From Eledone cirrhosa (Eukaryota): 64,000 nt of DNA. Below are positions 40,023-56,299 of this stretch, in pieces. The stretch's first letter is position 1, and every line of letters begins with the position of its first letter. The notes beneath the pieces were generated by a model, which was not told where the DNA came from, searched no databases, and saw nothing but the letters and a program-made list of their open reading frames with translations. The stretch spans positions 345,402,001 through 345,466,000 of the forward strand of contig OZ024741.1 in NCBI GenBank assembly GCA_964016885.1. Reading direction: 5' to 3'. A program made the translations under genes and the position numbers.

Positions 40023-41290
40023 CATACATATACACACATACATATATAAACACACACATACATACACATACACTCACACATATATACACACATACATTAA
40101 TAACAATAATAATAATAATAATAATAATAATAGCAATAATAATAATAACGATTTCTTTATTAACCACAAGGGTTTACATAAAGTAGACATTAAGGACAGT
40201 GCAGGACAATGCAGGACGGTACAAATGGGCATTTCTGCGTGTAAAAAAAAAACAAAAACAGAGGATGTAACAAAAATAACAATGAAAATAACAATGAAAA
40301 ATTCCCCAATAGGGGGGAGACTTCGGAGGGACATTTGTGGAGAAAGCCCAGTAAAAAGCCACAATGACCCTGACCACCAAGGCAAGTGCCCTCTCCCAGT
40401 TTTCCACCTTTAGTTTACAGATATATACTCAGAGTCGGCCCATTCACTCGGGCCATTCTTGCTTCTCTCACCCATCTTTCAACAAAATGCTGGGAAGAGA
40501 GCACTTCCTTCTCTACTCTGATTTTCCTTTTCAAATGAAATTTGAAAAAGTCAATCAGAGCATCACCGAAGAGGTAAGTGCTCGTCTTCAGCCCTTTCAA
40601 ACGTGTCCACCATACTATCTCTTTCGCCATGGCCACCAGACAGATAAAAACTGCCTGCCCTTCCCGGCTAAAGGAGGAGGGCGGGGCAATCCTCACGATA
40701 GACTCAGATGATAGCTGGATCCGTCCTAAACGCGACAGCAGGTGTTCGACATAAACCCACAAGTCAGCAATTTTCGGACACTGGACGAGTGCGTGCAGGA
40801 CGGTTTCGTCGCTCTGCGCGCATCTCGGACATGCCCGGCTGACGGCACCTCCATGCCTGTAGAGTTTATCCCGAACTGGCAAGGCTCCTCGGTAGCACTG
40901 CCAGGCCAGAGATTTCTGGAAGTTGTCCATAGGCCCTGGCCCGAAAGTTCTTCCGAAGAGATTGGCTAGTTGATTTTCGTCGACGCCTAGAGTTTCCCCA
41001 AGTACGTCGTCGCTCTTCCCCTCCACTAATCCTCTATAGAACGCCAAGGTGGAGTTTCCACCGATCACAATAATAATAATAATAATAATAAATAAATTTA
41101 AAAAAAAAAAAAAAAAAAGGGAAAAATATATATATATATATATACACATACATACATATACACACATACATATATAAACACACACATACATACACATACA
41201 CTCACACATATATACACACATACATTAATAACAATAATAATAATAATAATAATAATAATAGCAATAATAATAATAACGACAACAACAATA
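37902..41290 (-). mobile_element. three tandem copies (~1.13-1.15 kb period) of a 5'-truncated Tx1/L1-clade LINE 3' end plus flanking microsatellites
   Basis: zf-RVT-like region KSLAWQCYRGALPVRD..CPRC...ETVLHALVQC. Identical truncation points at 38792, 39921 and 41068. (AAT)n tails. Confidence 0.92.
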
Positions 41291-41339
41291 ATGATATACA
41301 TATTCATATATATATACACACACACGCACGCACATAAGC

Positions 41340-41403
<64 letters not shown>

Positions 41404-41409
41404 TAGCAA

Positions 41410-41980
41410 CTAACAGTGCTGCGATCGAATGTGGCTTTTTAGCCCAGCCAATGATCTAAAATGTCTTGCACAGAGTCGGCAACCAAAACATTTACTGGGA
41501 ATAGTCGGCTGTGGTTGGAGTTCGTGTACTTTTGCATGTCGCTTAAGTCCTCCTGCTGATTTACATTCTCTACCACATGTTTGGCAAGCATGATGAGTAG
41601 CATCTCCAACAGCAGCCTGGTAGTCAACCACTGGTCTTACTTTATGACTGCGAAGATGACTTTCGAGTCCAGCTTTGCTTAGGCAGAGTCTCGCACAGAC
41701 GCTGCATGTCAGAACCATAGGAGGACCCTCGCCGTCTGGAAGTGCAACAGCAATGCCCTTCCTCACGTCCCGCTTTACTTTCTCGTGTGCGATTCGAGAT
41801 GCCTGAAAGGCAACTTTTCCCTCATATACAGTCTTTCTCCATTTATTACGATCAGCAGCAATATTTTCCCATGTATCAGCAGAGATGTTAGCGTCTTTCA
41901 GAGAGGCTTTCAAGGAATCCTTATACCTCTTTTTTGGTTTATGTGGCGGTCGTTTTCCTTTAACCAACTCTCCATAGAAG
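41410..41980 (-). mobile_element. RTE-clade LINE 3' end with three C-terminal C2H2 zinc fingers and a (TG)n tail
   Basis: FYGEL..GKR....PKKRYKD.LK..W...AADR..WR, then CSVC..HLRSH, CQTC..HAKVH, CRLC..HIRSQH. Confidence 0.88.
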
Positions 41981-42395
41981 GTATGGATGGCATACATGCT
42001 GAGCTCCTACAATATGGTGGTGAGAGACTCCTGCAACATCTTCACTCTCTGTTTGGACGGATATGGGCTAATGAATCCGTGCCTGAGGACTGGAGAGATG
42101 CAGTAATGGTGGTCTTGTACAAGGGAAAGGGTAACAGGAATGATTGTGGGAACTACAGAGGTATATCATTGCTTTCTGTCGTGGGGAAAGTTTTATGTAG
42201 GGTGCTTCTGGACCGTCTGCTGACACACATTGCAGATTGTGTCCTTCCTGAAAGTCAATCTGGTTTTCGTGCTGGACGCGGCACTACTGATATGATCTTC
42301 TCGGCTAGACAGCTCCAGGAGAAGTGCATTGAACAGGGCTTGGATCTGTATCAGGTTTTTGTCGATCTGACAAAGGCTTTCGATACTGTCAACAC
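41981..42395 (+). mobile_element. inverted RT N-terminal segment of an RTE (BovB-like) LINE
   Basis: GMDGIHAELL, YKGKG...CGNYRGISLLS, PESQSGFR.GRGT.DMIF, FVDLTKAFD. Confidence 0.9.
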
Positions 42396-43199
42396 ACTCA
42401 TACATTAACATATACAGTCACACATACAAACATATAGATATTCACACACATAAAAAATATACAAATACCAAACATAAATATACACACATACACCTACGTA
42501 CACGCACATACACACATAAAACACAAAGGAATTCTGAAACATGTGGAAATACACACGCACACACATATACACATAAATGTACATATTCACGCACACACGA
42601 ACAATACAAAAAAAAAGTCAGACACAGACGTGAAAATACACATACATACTCTCATACGTAAACATATACACATACTCTTATAAAAATATACACATATACG
42701 CACGTGCACGTACACACATAAAAGACTACACAAAAACCTACACATGAACACACACACACACACACAGAGACATACACACACAGAGACATACACACACATA
42801 CTCATACATAAATACACACACACACGTCCACATTCATGCACACACACACACACATAAACAACAAAAAACAAAGAACTCACAGACACAAAAAATATAAGAT
42901 TTACAGACACACATGTACACACACAAGCAATAATGCACACGTACGAACCTCTCCCCCCCCCATCGGCACACACAAAACCACACCAGTGGCGAAGGGTAAC
43001 TTGGAAAGCAGGGCATGCAGTCCAATCGCCATGACGGAGAGTAGGGCTATGGAGCCATAACCTACCACACACCCCACCCCTCCGCAAAATTTTCGTCGTC
43101 CTCTCTTCCATTTGTAAATGTGATATGAGATAACTTTAACGTGAGACAATGTCCAACAGACCACACTTGAGGCTTGATACTCCTCTCCACTAGACATAA

Positions 43200-43582
43200 C
43201 TGTTTCTACTTTTGGCACAAGGTCAGCAATTATTACAGTTTATTACTGGTACTTTATTTTATCGACTCCGTAAGGATGAAAGGCAAAGTTAACCTCGGCG
43301 GGATTTGAACTCAGACCATAAAGGGCCGTAACTCTTTTCTGCAAAGTATGGCGTCATACCCTCTACCGATACTGCCAATCCACCGCCCTATGTCCACTAG
43401 AAATTTTAGGGGAGGGGAAGTCGATTAAATCGACCACAGTGCGTGACTGGTACTTTATTTTATCGACCCCGTAAGGAGGAAAGGCAAAGTTAACGTCGGC
43501 AGAATTTGAACTCAGATCATAAAGCGCCGTAACTCTATGCTACAAAGCATGGCGTCCGACCTTGTGCCAATCCACCGCCCTT
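43200..43582 (-). mobile_element. two tandem SINEs
   Basis: Two copies of the GGTACTTTATTTTATCGAC core, each ending TGCCAATCCACCGCCC. Confidence 0.85.
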
Positions 43583-44612
43583 ATATGAGTAAATAATAAA
43601 ACCTTCAAATAATGAAACACTTAAAATTCATTTGTACATCAATTCAATTCTTCATTTCTTTTTTGGCAAATTCATCGATCACTTTACTATAAAATGTATC
43701 AGCACTATGCTCTACCTTCATCTTTTTCAAAAGGTCTTTATTCATGGAAATGAAGACCAAATTGCTCACTTTGAGAACACCTCATATAATTATTTACTCG
43801 CTTTAATGAAGAAAACGATCCCTCACATGAAGCAGATGTGGCAGGTATGGTCAGAATCAGACATAATAATTTTGTTACTTCTGTCAGAGCTTGATTTTGT
43901 TCAAGTTCCCGTGTTATGTCTGCGACTTCCTGGATGCATTACGCTTGCTTTGTAAAATCTGCAGTACAAACTGATTTCGAAAACGCTCCCATCGGAAATT
44001 TTCTTTCGTAAGCGTGAAAAAGCTTCGGCTTCAATAATTCCACAAATCTGAACTCTCCCATTGTTTTAAATCTTTGTTCAACGTGGACAATAACAAAACT
44101 ATGTCCGAGTTTACTTTTTTACGTAACTTTTGAAAAAATAATTTGATATACGGTATATAAAATTAAATTTTAAAGCATTAGAATTCACGAAAATGTCGAC
44201 TGTTACTCCTATACACTTAAAGCGAGAACAGAAAAAATTCTGGGTAGTGGTCACATGATTGAATGTGAGTCTTAAAACAGTAAAAAAAAAAAAAGGAACT
44301 TTTGATGTGACATTAAGGACAGCAAACGTCCCGTATATACAGTATACAGTATCGAATGAACCAGAATCAACAACGACTCTAAATCTGTCTGAAAAAAAAC
44401 AAGCCTTTGATCACAGTAGCAAAGACTACGGCATGCAGAAATAAATTTGGCTTCACTCAACGTCTGACTTAAGCTCCCACTCCCAATGATAATATTCGAT
44501 AATTGAAGTTTCTTTAGTATCTGTCGCCGAAAGAAAGGAAAAAAAGAAAGTGTAAATGTAAATAGTGTGAGTGTGTCGGTGTGTGTGTATGGGTCGGTGT
44601 CTGTATTTTAGC

Positions 44613-44688
<76 letters not shown>

Positions 44689-44692
44689 TATA

Positions 44693-44920
44693 CTAGCTGA
44701 ATTATCCGGCGTTGCCCGGGTTACTGCTGTTCTTATTCAGATTAGTAAACAATGAATATGAAGATGTTTTTTTTTCTCATGATTATTTCAAAACATCTAT
44801 ATTTTATTTTTTTTAAAATCAAAATTCGAATGATAATAGAATTTAGAAATGAAAATCTGTCAATGTGGAAGCACCTTAGGGTAAACAATATTCATTAGTT
44901 ATAACTTCAACCATCCTAGT
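44693..44920 (-). mobile_element. Helitron 3' end fragment
   Basis: A|CTAG..CCGGCGTTGCCCGGG is the reverse complement of the hairpin-plus-CTAG end at 30125-30152. Confidence 0.65.
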
Positions 44921-44924
44921 TCCA

Positions 44925-45305
44925 TCGGTAGTGTCGGACAACGTGCTATGCAGTATATAGTTTAGGCCCCTTACATTCTGAGTTCAAATCCCACTGAGGT
45001 TAGCTCTGCTTTTCATCCTTACGAGGTCGATAAAATAAAGTACCAGTAATGCATTGGGGTCGATATAATCGACTTTCCCCGCTGTCCAATATTGTTGGCC
45101 TTGTGCCTATATCAGAAACCAGGGGATTGGCAGTATCGGTAGAGAGTCGGACACCATGCTTTCCAGCATAGTTACGTCCCTTTACAGTCTGAGTTCAAAT
45201 CCCGCTGAGGTTTACTTTGCCTTTCATCCTTACGGGGTCGATAAAATAAAGTACCAGTAATACACTGGGTAATTGCTGGCCTTGTGCCTAAAGTAGAAAC
45301 AATTA
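44925..45305 (+). mobile_element. two tandem SINEs
   Basis: Same family core twice on the plus strand. Confidence 0.85.
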
Positions 45306-45398
45306 TTAAAACAGCGACAAATGACCAAGTTTTAGAAAAATATTAGTCACGAAAATTATTTTGCCGCGGGCCGCATAATGGAGATCTATGCCGTAGAT

Positions 45399-45910
45399 TA
45401 AAGGTTCTCAAAGTAGGCGCTACATCCTCCCCCCTCTCCACCAGTGGTTGGTCCAAAATGTTTTGCAGAGGCACGTTTAAAAAACTGTAAGTCTAGATCA
45501 GAGGTTCTCAAAGTGGGCACTACTGCTCCCCAGGATGGGGGTTTGATGAGGTCCAGGGGGCGCTGGGCCCTAAGAGAGTGAAGGGGGTAGATATAATATA
45601 ATAGTATATCGAATATCAAATGATACATATCATGTTGAGTCGTTAAGTATGAAATCTGTAGAAAAAAATATCAAATTTCTACAAATTTCATACTTGGCGA
45701 CCTAATAAATAAATATAGTAAAATAAAATATAAATATTTATTAATACGTAGTATATATTATATTAATTATATATAAATTAACGATTTTATTTATCATATA
45801 TTATTTACAATTTGAGTGTAGGCAGATCTCTCTGGAAATAGAGTTGGCGGCGCTGAGTGTATTATGTGGCCGCGAGGGAAGCAGTGGCCCAAAAGGTTTG
45901 AGAATCTCTG
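45399..45910. mobile_element. hAT MITE(s): two left ends (45399, 45499) and one right end (45910)
   Basis: GTCTAGAT|CAGAGGTTCTCAAA ... TTTGAGAATCTCTG. Confidence 0.65.
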
Positions 45911-46152
45911 CCTAAGACAGTAGTGTCGGTGTGGGAGAGGTACGAAAACCAAATATATTCTTTATTGTTTTGTAGCTTCAGGTCAGCCCTCATCGAATAA
46001 GGGTGGACAGGAAAGAAATCAATCAGATAGATACATTTTCATTTTTCTCTCACCCATTCAATAGTCCGACTGGTGTCCCAGTCTTGACCTCCGTTCGGCT
46101 TATTAGTTTCACCAGCCAAAAGGTTATCTCTAGGAAGAGGTTTATGAAACAT

Positions 46153-46186
<34 letters not shown>

Positions 46187-46329
46187 ACGCACACATACAC
46201 ACACACGCACCGCGCGCGCATACACACCTCGAGGATGGTCTGCTAATTTCTTGTGGAACTAACTCTACACCGAACTCGTCCTATGGACTGAGTGCTCTAC
46301 TTACTACGGATATACCCTCCCGGCTTTTT

Positions 46330-46425
<96 letters not shown>

Positions 46426-46833
46426 CAAATTTGCCGGTCATTCGATGCGATGCGGGAAGGAGCAACTTAACAAGACACGATTTTTAACTGTGGTAAGAAA
46501 TGTTTTTCTTATATCAAAGTTTAATGGGCTTCCACTGATGATTTATAGGCGCCCACCTAAATATATTCTTACATGAATGTATATTAGGCTTCTACATAAA
46601 CTGGAAATATTCTCCGAATTTGTAGAAAACTTATAATGAAACAATTGTTTGGAAAGAGAGATATATTTTAACTTTAATTATGTCTCATAAAATAATACAA
46701 CTGGCTCTTCCACATAATACATATTGTTAGCACCCCAAACACTTAAATTGGGTTTATATTAAAATATAACCTAATGTTTGTTGAGTGAGATGGTTACCAG
46801 TCAGAGATTAGCTTTAAACTATCTCTGTTATTG

Positions 46834-46898
<65 letters not shown>

Positions 46899-46902
46899 TA
46901 TA

Positions 46903-48909
<2,007 letters not shown>

Positions 48910-48947
48910 TATATATATAAATATATATATATAAATATATATATATA

Positions 48948-48987
<40 letters not shown>

Positions 48988-49043
48988 AATATATATATAT
49001 AAATATATATATATAAATATATATATATAAATATATATATATA

Positions 49044-49143
<100 letters not shown>

Positions 49144-49455
49144 ATATATATAAATATATATATGCAAAAGTTTTATTTAAAATTGTAGGGTTAACACCGA
49201 GTAAATATTTTATAACTGATATAAAAGCACTCAACAGATTTTGGAGTAGGTTTACGATATTAAACAAATGGAAACTATATTTATAAAACCATATTTATTT
49301 CATTATATATATTTCAGGGATACCATATTAAAAATATGGTATGCCTCAGACAAAATACAATATATAAATACAATATTTAAATAAAACTTTTAAATAAAAC
49401 TTTTGCATATATTTTGCTCCAATACTGTTGAGCGCTTTATATTATAACTGAAAAA

Positions 49456-51668
49456 ATGTAATTCTTTAAGATCTCTTCTTCTCTAAAAGACATACCTCTA
49501 CCTAGAAACAAGGACTTTGTTAAACAACTAATAGATAAATCAGACTCTTTTATAAGGAGAATCAGGTGGCGTGCATTCCACTTTGATAAATCTAATGTAA
49601 ATGAAAATGTCTCAGACTTAGACAAAGTTTTCAAATCCAAAAAAAATCCACCCCCCAACAAACTTTTAATTGATTTTGAAAACGATATAATTTCTATCAT
49701 ACAAGGAGTCAAATTCAAGAGAAACTTCAAAGGCCAGGAGTATCTGAAAAGCATTAAGGATAATATTGTGAGCTTAGAGAGAACAGAGAAGATCTTGGTG
49801 AAATCGGACAAAACCAACAACCTCTATGGAGTGGAAAAAGACATGTATAATGGCCTCATACTGAAAGAACTAAGGAAAAAGTACAAGGTAGCAGATAAGG
49901 CTGAACTTGAGAAAATGAATGTTGAGGCATTTTGTATAATGCACGAGTTGGAAATTGAGAACAAAACACAACCTTTCGTGCCTAGGAAACCCAAGATCAA
50001 TATGAAAGACCACAAAAGGAATTTTGAAAATGACTTGCCAGTCAGATTGATTGCACCATCAAAATCTGACCTGGGTAAGCTTAGCAAAAAACATTCTAGA
50101 CAGGGTGATACAGCAAATTAAAAACTTGAACTGTTTACCTAACTTGACCTTGTGGAAGGGAACTGGGGAGGTCATTGAGTGGTTTAATGAAATTAAATAT
50201 AACAATAATAATAAATTTATTCAACTAGATATTGCTAACTACTATTCATCTATTACCCCTAATCTACTAAATAAGGCTCTAAATTACGCATTCAAACATA
50301 CAGACCTAACTAGCAATGAAATGCACATTATATTATCGGCAAGGAAAACATTGATAGAATTTAATAACCAACTATGGACTAGGGCAGATAGGGATAATAA
50401 TTTTGACATTACTATGGGATCATCCGACTCAGCTCAGGTAACGGACCTTGTGGGCCTATTTATAATTAATTCGCTGCATAGGAAAATACCCGGTCTTACC
50501 GGAGGATTATATAGAGATGACATGCTTTTACTTATTGAAAATAATAACTCTGAACTAAATAGAAAAAGAAAACAAATTATACAATTTTTTAATTACCTTA
50601 ATCTAAAAATAGAAATTGAGAATAACCATAGAATAGTCAATTTCCTAGATGTAACATTAAATCTCAACACATGCCTTCACTATCCATTTCACAAGTTAAA
50701 TGAAAACTTGAATTATGTCAGTTTTAGCTCTAATCACCCCAGATCTGTCAAAAATACTATAGTGAACTCTGTTCAAAAACGTATCTCTAGAATCTCATCT
50801 AATAAAAATATTTTCGACGAAAAAGCCCAGTATTACAATGATGCGTTAGCTAGAGCAGGATATACTGATAAAATTATGTACATCGATAATAGACAAACTA
50901 ACCGAAATAACAACAATTTTAATCACAGTAACAACTTTAACAACTATAATAGAAAGCATTACAATAATTCCAAAAACCAGAAAAGAAATAGAACTAGAAA
51001 TATAATATGGTTCCCCCCCCTTCTCACTAAACATTAAAACCCACATCGCTAAACTAATTTTTAATGCTCTTGACAAACGCTTCCCTAGAACACATAAGTA
51101 TCACTCAATTTTCAATAGACATACCATAAAATTAACATACTCGTCCACCAAAAATTTAGCACAAAATATTAATAGAATAAATAATAGGAATCTAAAACCT
51201 AGCCAAAATACCGAAAATAGCCTAAACAATATTCAAGTAAACAACTGTAACTGTAGAGATAGATCTAAATGTCCGCTAAATAACAATTGCTTAGTTAAAA
51301 ATATAATATACAACTGTAATGTTAAAACTGACTTAAATTCTTTTAATTATGTTGGTTCCACCTCGACAGAATTTAAACTTCGCTATAATAATCACAAGAA
51401 TTCTTTCACGGATCCAAGTAAAAAATCTTCAACATCACTATCAGGTTTACTCTGGCAACTTAAACATGATAACGTTGGATATTCGATGGTTTGGAATATA
51501 GTCTCAAAAGGGATTCCTTTTAATTCCTCTTCTGAGACATGTGACCTCTGCGCGGAGGAGATATTCTTTATACTAAAATCTAAAAATTCCCTTAATTTAC
51601 GGACCAATTTATTCAACTGCTGCAGACATAGATTGAACTCAACTTTTAAATATAAATTTAAAATGTAG
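49456..51668 (+). pseudogene. Naiad-type RT plus GIY-YIG ORF; TAA at codon 2 and two homopolymer frameshifts
   Basis: SLKDIPLP..IRRIRWRAFHF, KSDKTNNLY, DITMGS.DSAQVTDLVG, LYRDD, CNCR..CPL...C, IIY..NYVGST..FKLRYNNH, CDLC.EE, CRHR. Confidence 0.9.
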
Positions 51669-53095
51669 TATATTTACTTAAGATATTTAACTATTTATGA
51701 AACTTGCCGATAAATCTTTCGATTCCTTCAATTTTTTTTAAAACCTTCTGCATGAGTATATAAATTAATAAGATTAATTAAAGTACCCTATCATGGTGAT
51801 GTTCCCAATCTATTGAATAAATTTTTAAGCTAGATAAACTTCTATAATAAATATAAGAGCATTTGTAGAATAAATTTTTTTTTTTTTTTAAATGATTTCT
51901 GCTAAATAAGGTTTATTGAATAATTTTGGTTTAGTTTACTTTTGATTATGATTGCTTCTAATGAACTTGACAATACAGTGTCAAATAAATTTGAAGGGTG
52001 GTTTTCTGTGGTTGATATGCGTGGCATACTATGTTTTATTGTGTCTCTAGTTACTCCGTGGAATGACGAAGATATTCTTGGCGTTTTTAATATATTTTTT
52101 TAGTATATTTTTTAATATATTTTTAATGTATTGATATCTGTTGTCTATTCTATGCTTGAACGATAATCATGTAAGTGAGGGCAAGAATATTATTATTAAT
52201 ATTAATGTACACTTTATGTCTATATATATATGTATGTACATATATGTATGGTGGAATCTTTTGTAACGCAATGAAGCTTTTCATGAAAATATGTTTTTAC
52301 AGAGCCGATCACGTAAATTCACATGTATTTCAGTATTTTTGAAGTTTTATCTCAGATTTTGCTTATAAACCTAAGAATTTTTAAACTAAACATGGGGTCA
52401 TTATTTTTTCATTTTTTCACACATTATTGATATGTGTCTCATTCATGAATATTGATATCTACATTGTAATACCTAATTCATATGAATTGATAATTCAAAT
52501 CGACGAGACATAATATTTTAAATATATTTTAAATATATCATCTTTCTTTCTTTTTCTCCTCTACACTTGACGGGACTTATATATCGGCTGTTTTTTAACT
52601 GTATCTCTCCCACCTCGTATGATAGATATTACTCGATCTACCTCTTTTCTCCCACCACATATATCTCTCTCTACCTCTCTTTATTTATCATATTTCTCTC
52701 CGTATCCTTAACACTATAACTAAATAAATAAATAAATAAATAATTACAGTACCCCCTTCCCTCCTTAATATCTCATTTGTACGCTGATCATCTGTCTCCA
52801 AGCTGCCTATCATTTTTCACTCCCTCAATATATTTCTCTCTCCCATATCTCTTTCTCTCTATCTCGCTCTGTTGCTTTCTTTGCATACATCTCATCTTCT
52901 TCTCTAACTGTCCTTAGCGCTATACACTTTCTTTCTTCTTCTCTTCTTTTTTCTTTTTTTCTTCCTTTTTTCTTTTTTCTCTTCGTCCTTCTTTTTAACT
53001 GTCCTCAACATTTTCACTACCAAATTAACTTTTTAAATGGAAGTTGCACTGTTCTAGGTATGTCAAATTTATTTATAAAACGGTTTATATATTGT

Positions 53096-53159
53096 ATTTT
53101 GTCTGAGGAAGGCATACCATATTTTTAATATGGTATCCCTGAAATATATATAATGAAAT
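53096..53159 (+). ncRNA. type I HHR at the Naiad 3' end (damaged inverted copy 49297-49357)
   Basis: ATTTTGT-CTGAGGA-AGGCATACCATAT/ATATGGTATCCCT-GAA-ATATATAT-A-ATGAAAT. Confidence 0.8.
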
Positions 53160-53198
53160 AAATATGGTTTTATAAATAGTTTCCATTTGTTCAATATC

Positions 53199-54410
<1,212 letters not shown>

Positions 54411-54493
54411 GAGATTATATATATATATATATCCAAAATTAAATTAAGGGACATGCGCTATATCAACCGTAGAATTATTTCATGTGTTTATTT

Positions 54494-54583
<90 letters not shown>

Positions 54584-54823
54584 TTGCGAGGTTTTTTATA
54601 TGAAATCGTGTGTCGAAACAAATATTGTTATACTTGGGGAGGGTCATATTTGTGTATAATAATATTGCCAGAATTTATAACAGAACACTCACTGTTTAGT
54701 TGGTTTTCGCTTCTGTGTCTTTTATATCGGTTAATTTAATTTATTCGGTCCTCAATGTTACTATTGACTGACCAACGGTCAAAAATACAGATACAATATA
54801 GACACAAACACATATATATAGTC

Positions 54824-54870
54824 TAACAAAGTTCTTTCGTTGCACATCTGCAACATCATCAGTGGTGCTA
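54824..54870 (-). ncRNA. HHR-like motif
   Basis: CTGATGA-T.GTTGCA.GATG.TGCAAC-GAA-AGAACT-T with a weak stem I (TAGCA/TGTTA). Confidence 0.5.
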
Positions 54871-55150
54871 TTATGTTTCCTCCTGTGGTATCGTATGCCT
54901 ACGCCATCTTTATTTAGTCTGTTTATTTATTTTTTGTCTTCTCTGCGCTGCGTTTGCGTGTGTGTATAGTGTTTGATGTATGTTCGTGTTTGGGTGACTG
55001 TGTATTGGTTATTGTATTCTATCTTAGTTTACTTAATTAGCTATCTGCTGGATGCTTTCCATTGTGCTACGTTCGAAATCAAACATGTTAGTACTCTTTT
55101 GTGGGGATGTCCTTATTACTATATTGATGTCGTCTACGTAACGAGAGTAC

Positions 55151-55317
55151 ATGATGAGTTCTATGGAGATTTCAATGGGAAGCATCCAGCAGATAGCTAA
55201 TTCCATACACCAGAGTATAACTGTAACTATCGACTACTCTTCCAAACACCCTAACAATAGACTACCTGTATTAGACACGGAACTCTGGATTAACACTATA
55301 GACGAGAGAGCCCAAAT
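55151..55317 (+). mobile_element. PLE RT fragment from another family
   Basis: IANSIHQSITVTIDY.SKHPNNRLPVLDTELWI. Confidence 0.65.
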
Positions 55318-56299
55318 GGTTTTCCGGAGTTATTAATATTCATTCAAAATAACTGTTAGAGATTCAAATAATTATTGAAGAAAGAGGAAAGAAAAAAGAC
55401 AGAGAGAAAACATATGAGGGGAAAATATAGCTAGAAGAGGTATAGAGAGCAAAGGAGAATTGATCAAGGAAGACAAAGAGGAATAATCATAAGTATAGGG
55501 AGCGATGTATAGTTATGTATGATATATATCCATACACAACTATACATTTAGGCATAGCTATGCGATAGAGTAAACTCGAATCATTGAATTATTGAATTAT
55601 CTAGAAATATTCATCAATCTAAATCCAAAATATAACTGGGTGTAATCAATAAAGGTTAATTTCCTCAGTTAATTAGTTATATATACTATCCAAATGTGTC
55701 CGGTTGACCGTTAACTTTCAAATCATTTAAGTTAGTTCAGAGTAATGAATTAATTAAAGTGTATAATATTTCAGGCTATAAAAGTTTATAAATATCTGTA
55801 TTACTATTAAAGTATACTATCATTTTTAATTTATAAAATCATATTTTATGAATTCATATTTAAACTATTTGCAAACATGTGAGAGAAAACATGCTATTTT
55901 TCATCCTCTCGAAGGTAAATCTTAATATTTTTATTATAATATATTAAATTATTTATATTATATTGAAGATATAATTTTTAAAAATAATTCAGAATAACAA
56001 TTAGAATGTCTTAAAGCATCAAAAGGCCTTATAATTAAACTTAAAAAAATGTTATTATTAAATTAGATATATGCATTTGTCTAAATATAAACAAAGATTA
56101 TATTGTCTAAAGATTAAGATGATACCTATCATTTATATATAACATAATATAATACAATAAATAAGTTACTGATAATATTGTTAAAAATTAAGGTTTTTGA
56201 TCAATTATTATAATAAGGACATGTAACACAATATACTATAAATATACAAGTCAAACTTCTTGAATCATACAGATAAGAATCTGATTCAAAGTAAAAAAA

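Noticed and set aside
41410-41997. Host C2H2 zinc-finger gene
   Set aside because: The fingers are in frame with the RTE LINE C-terminal motifs and are followed by the element tail.
49208-49290. Second, opposite-strand HHR (CTGATAT...GAAACTATAT) in the Naiad termini
   Set aside because: The core lacks G8 and no convincing stem II or III forms.
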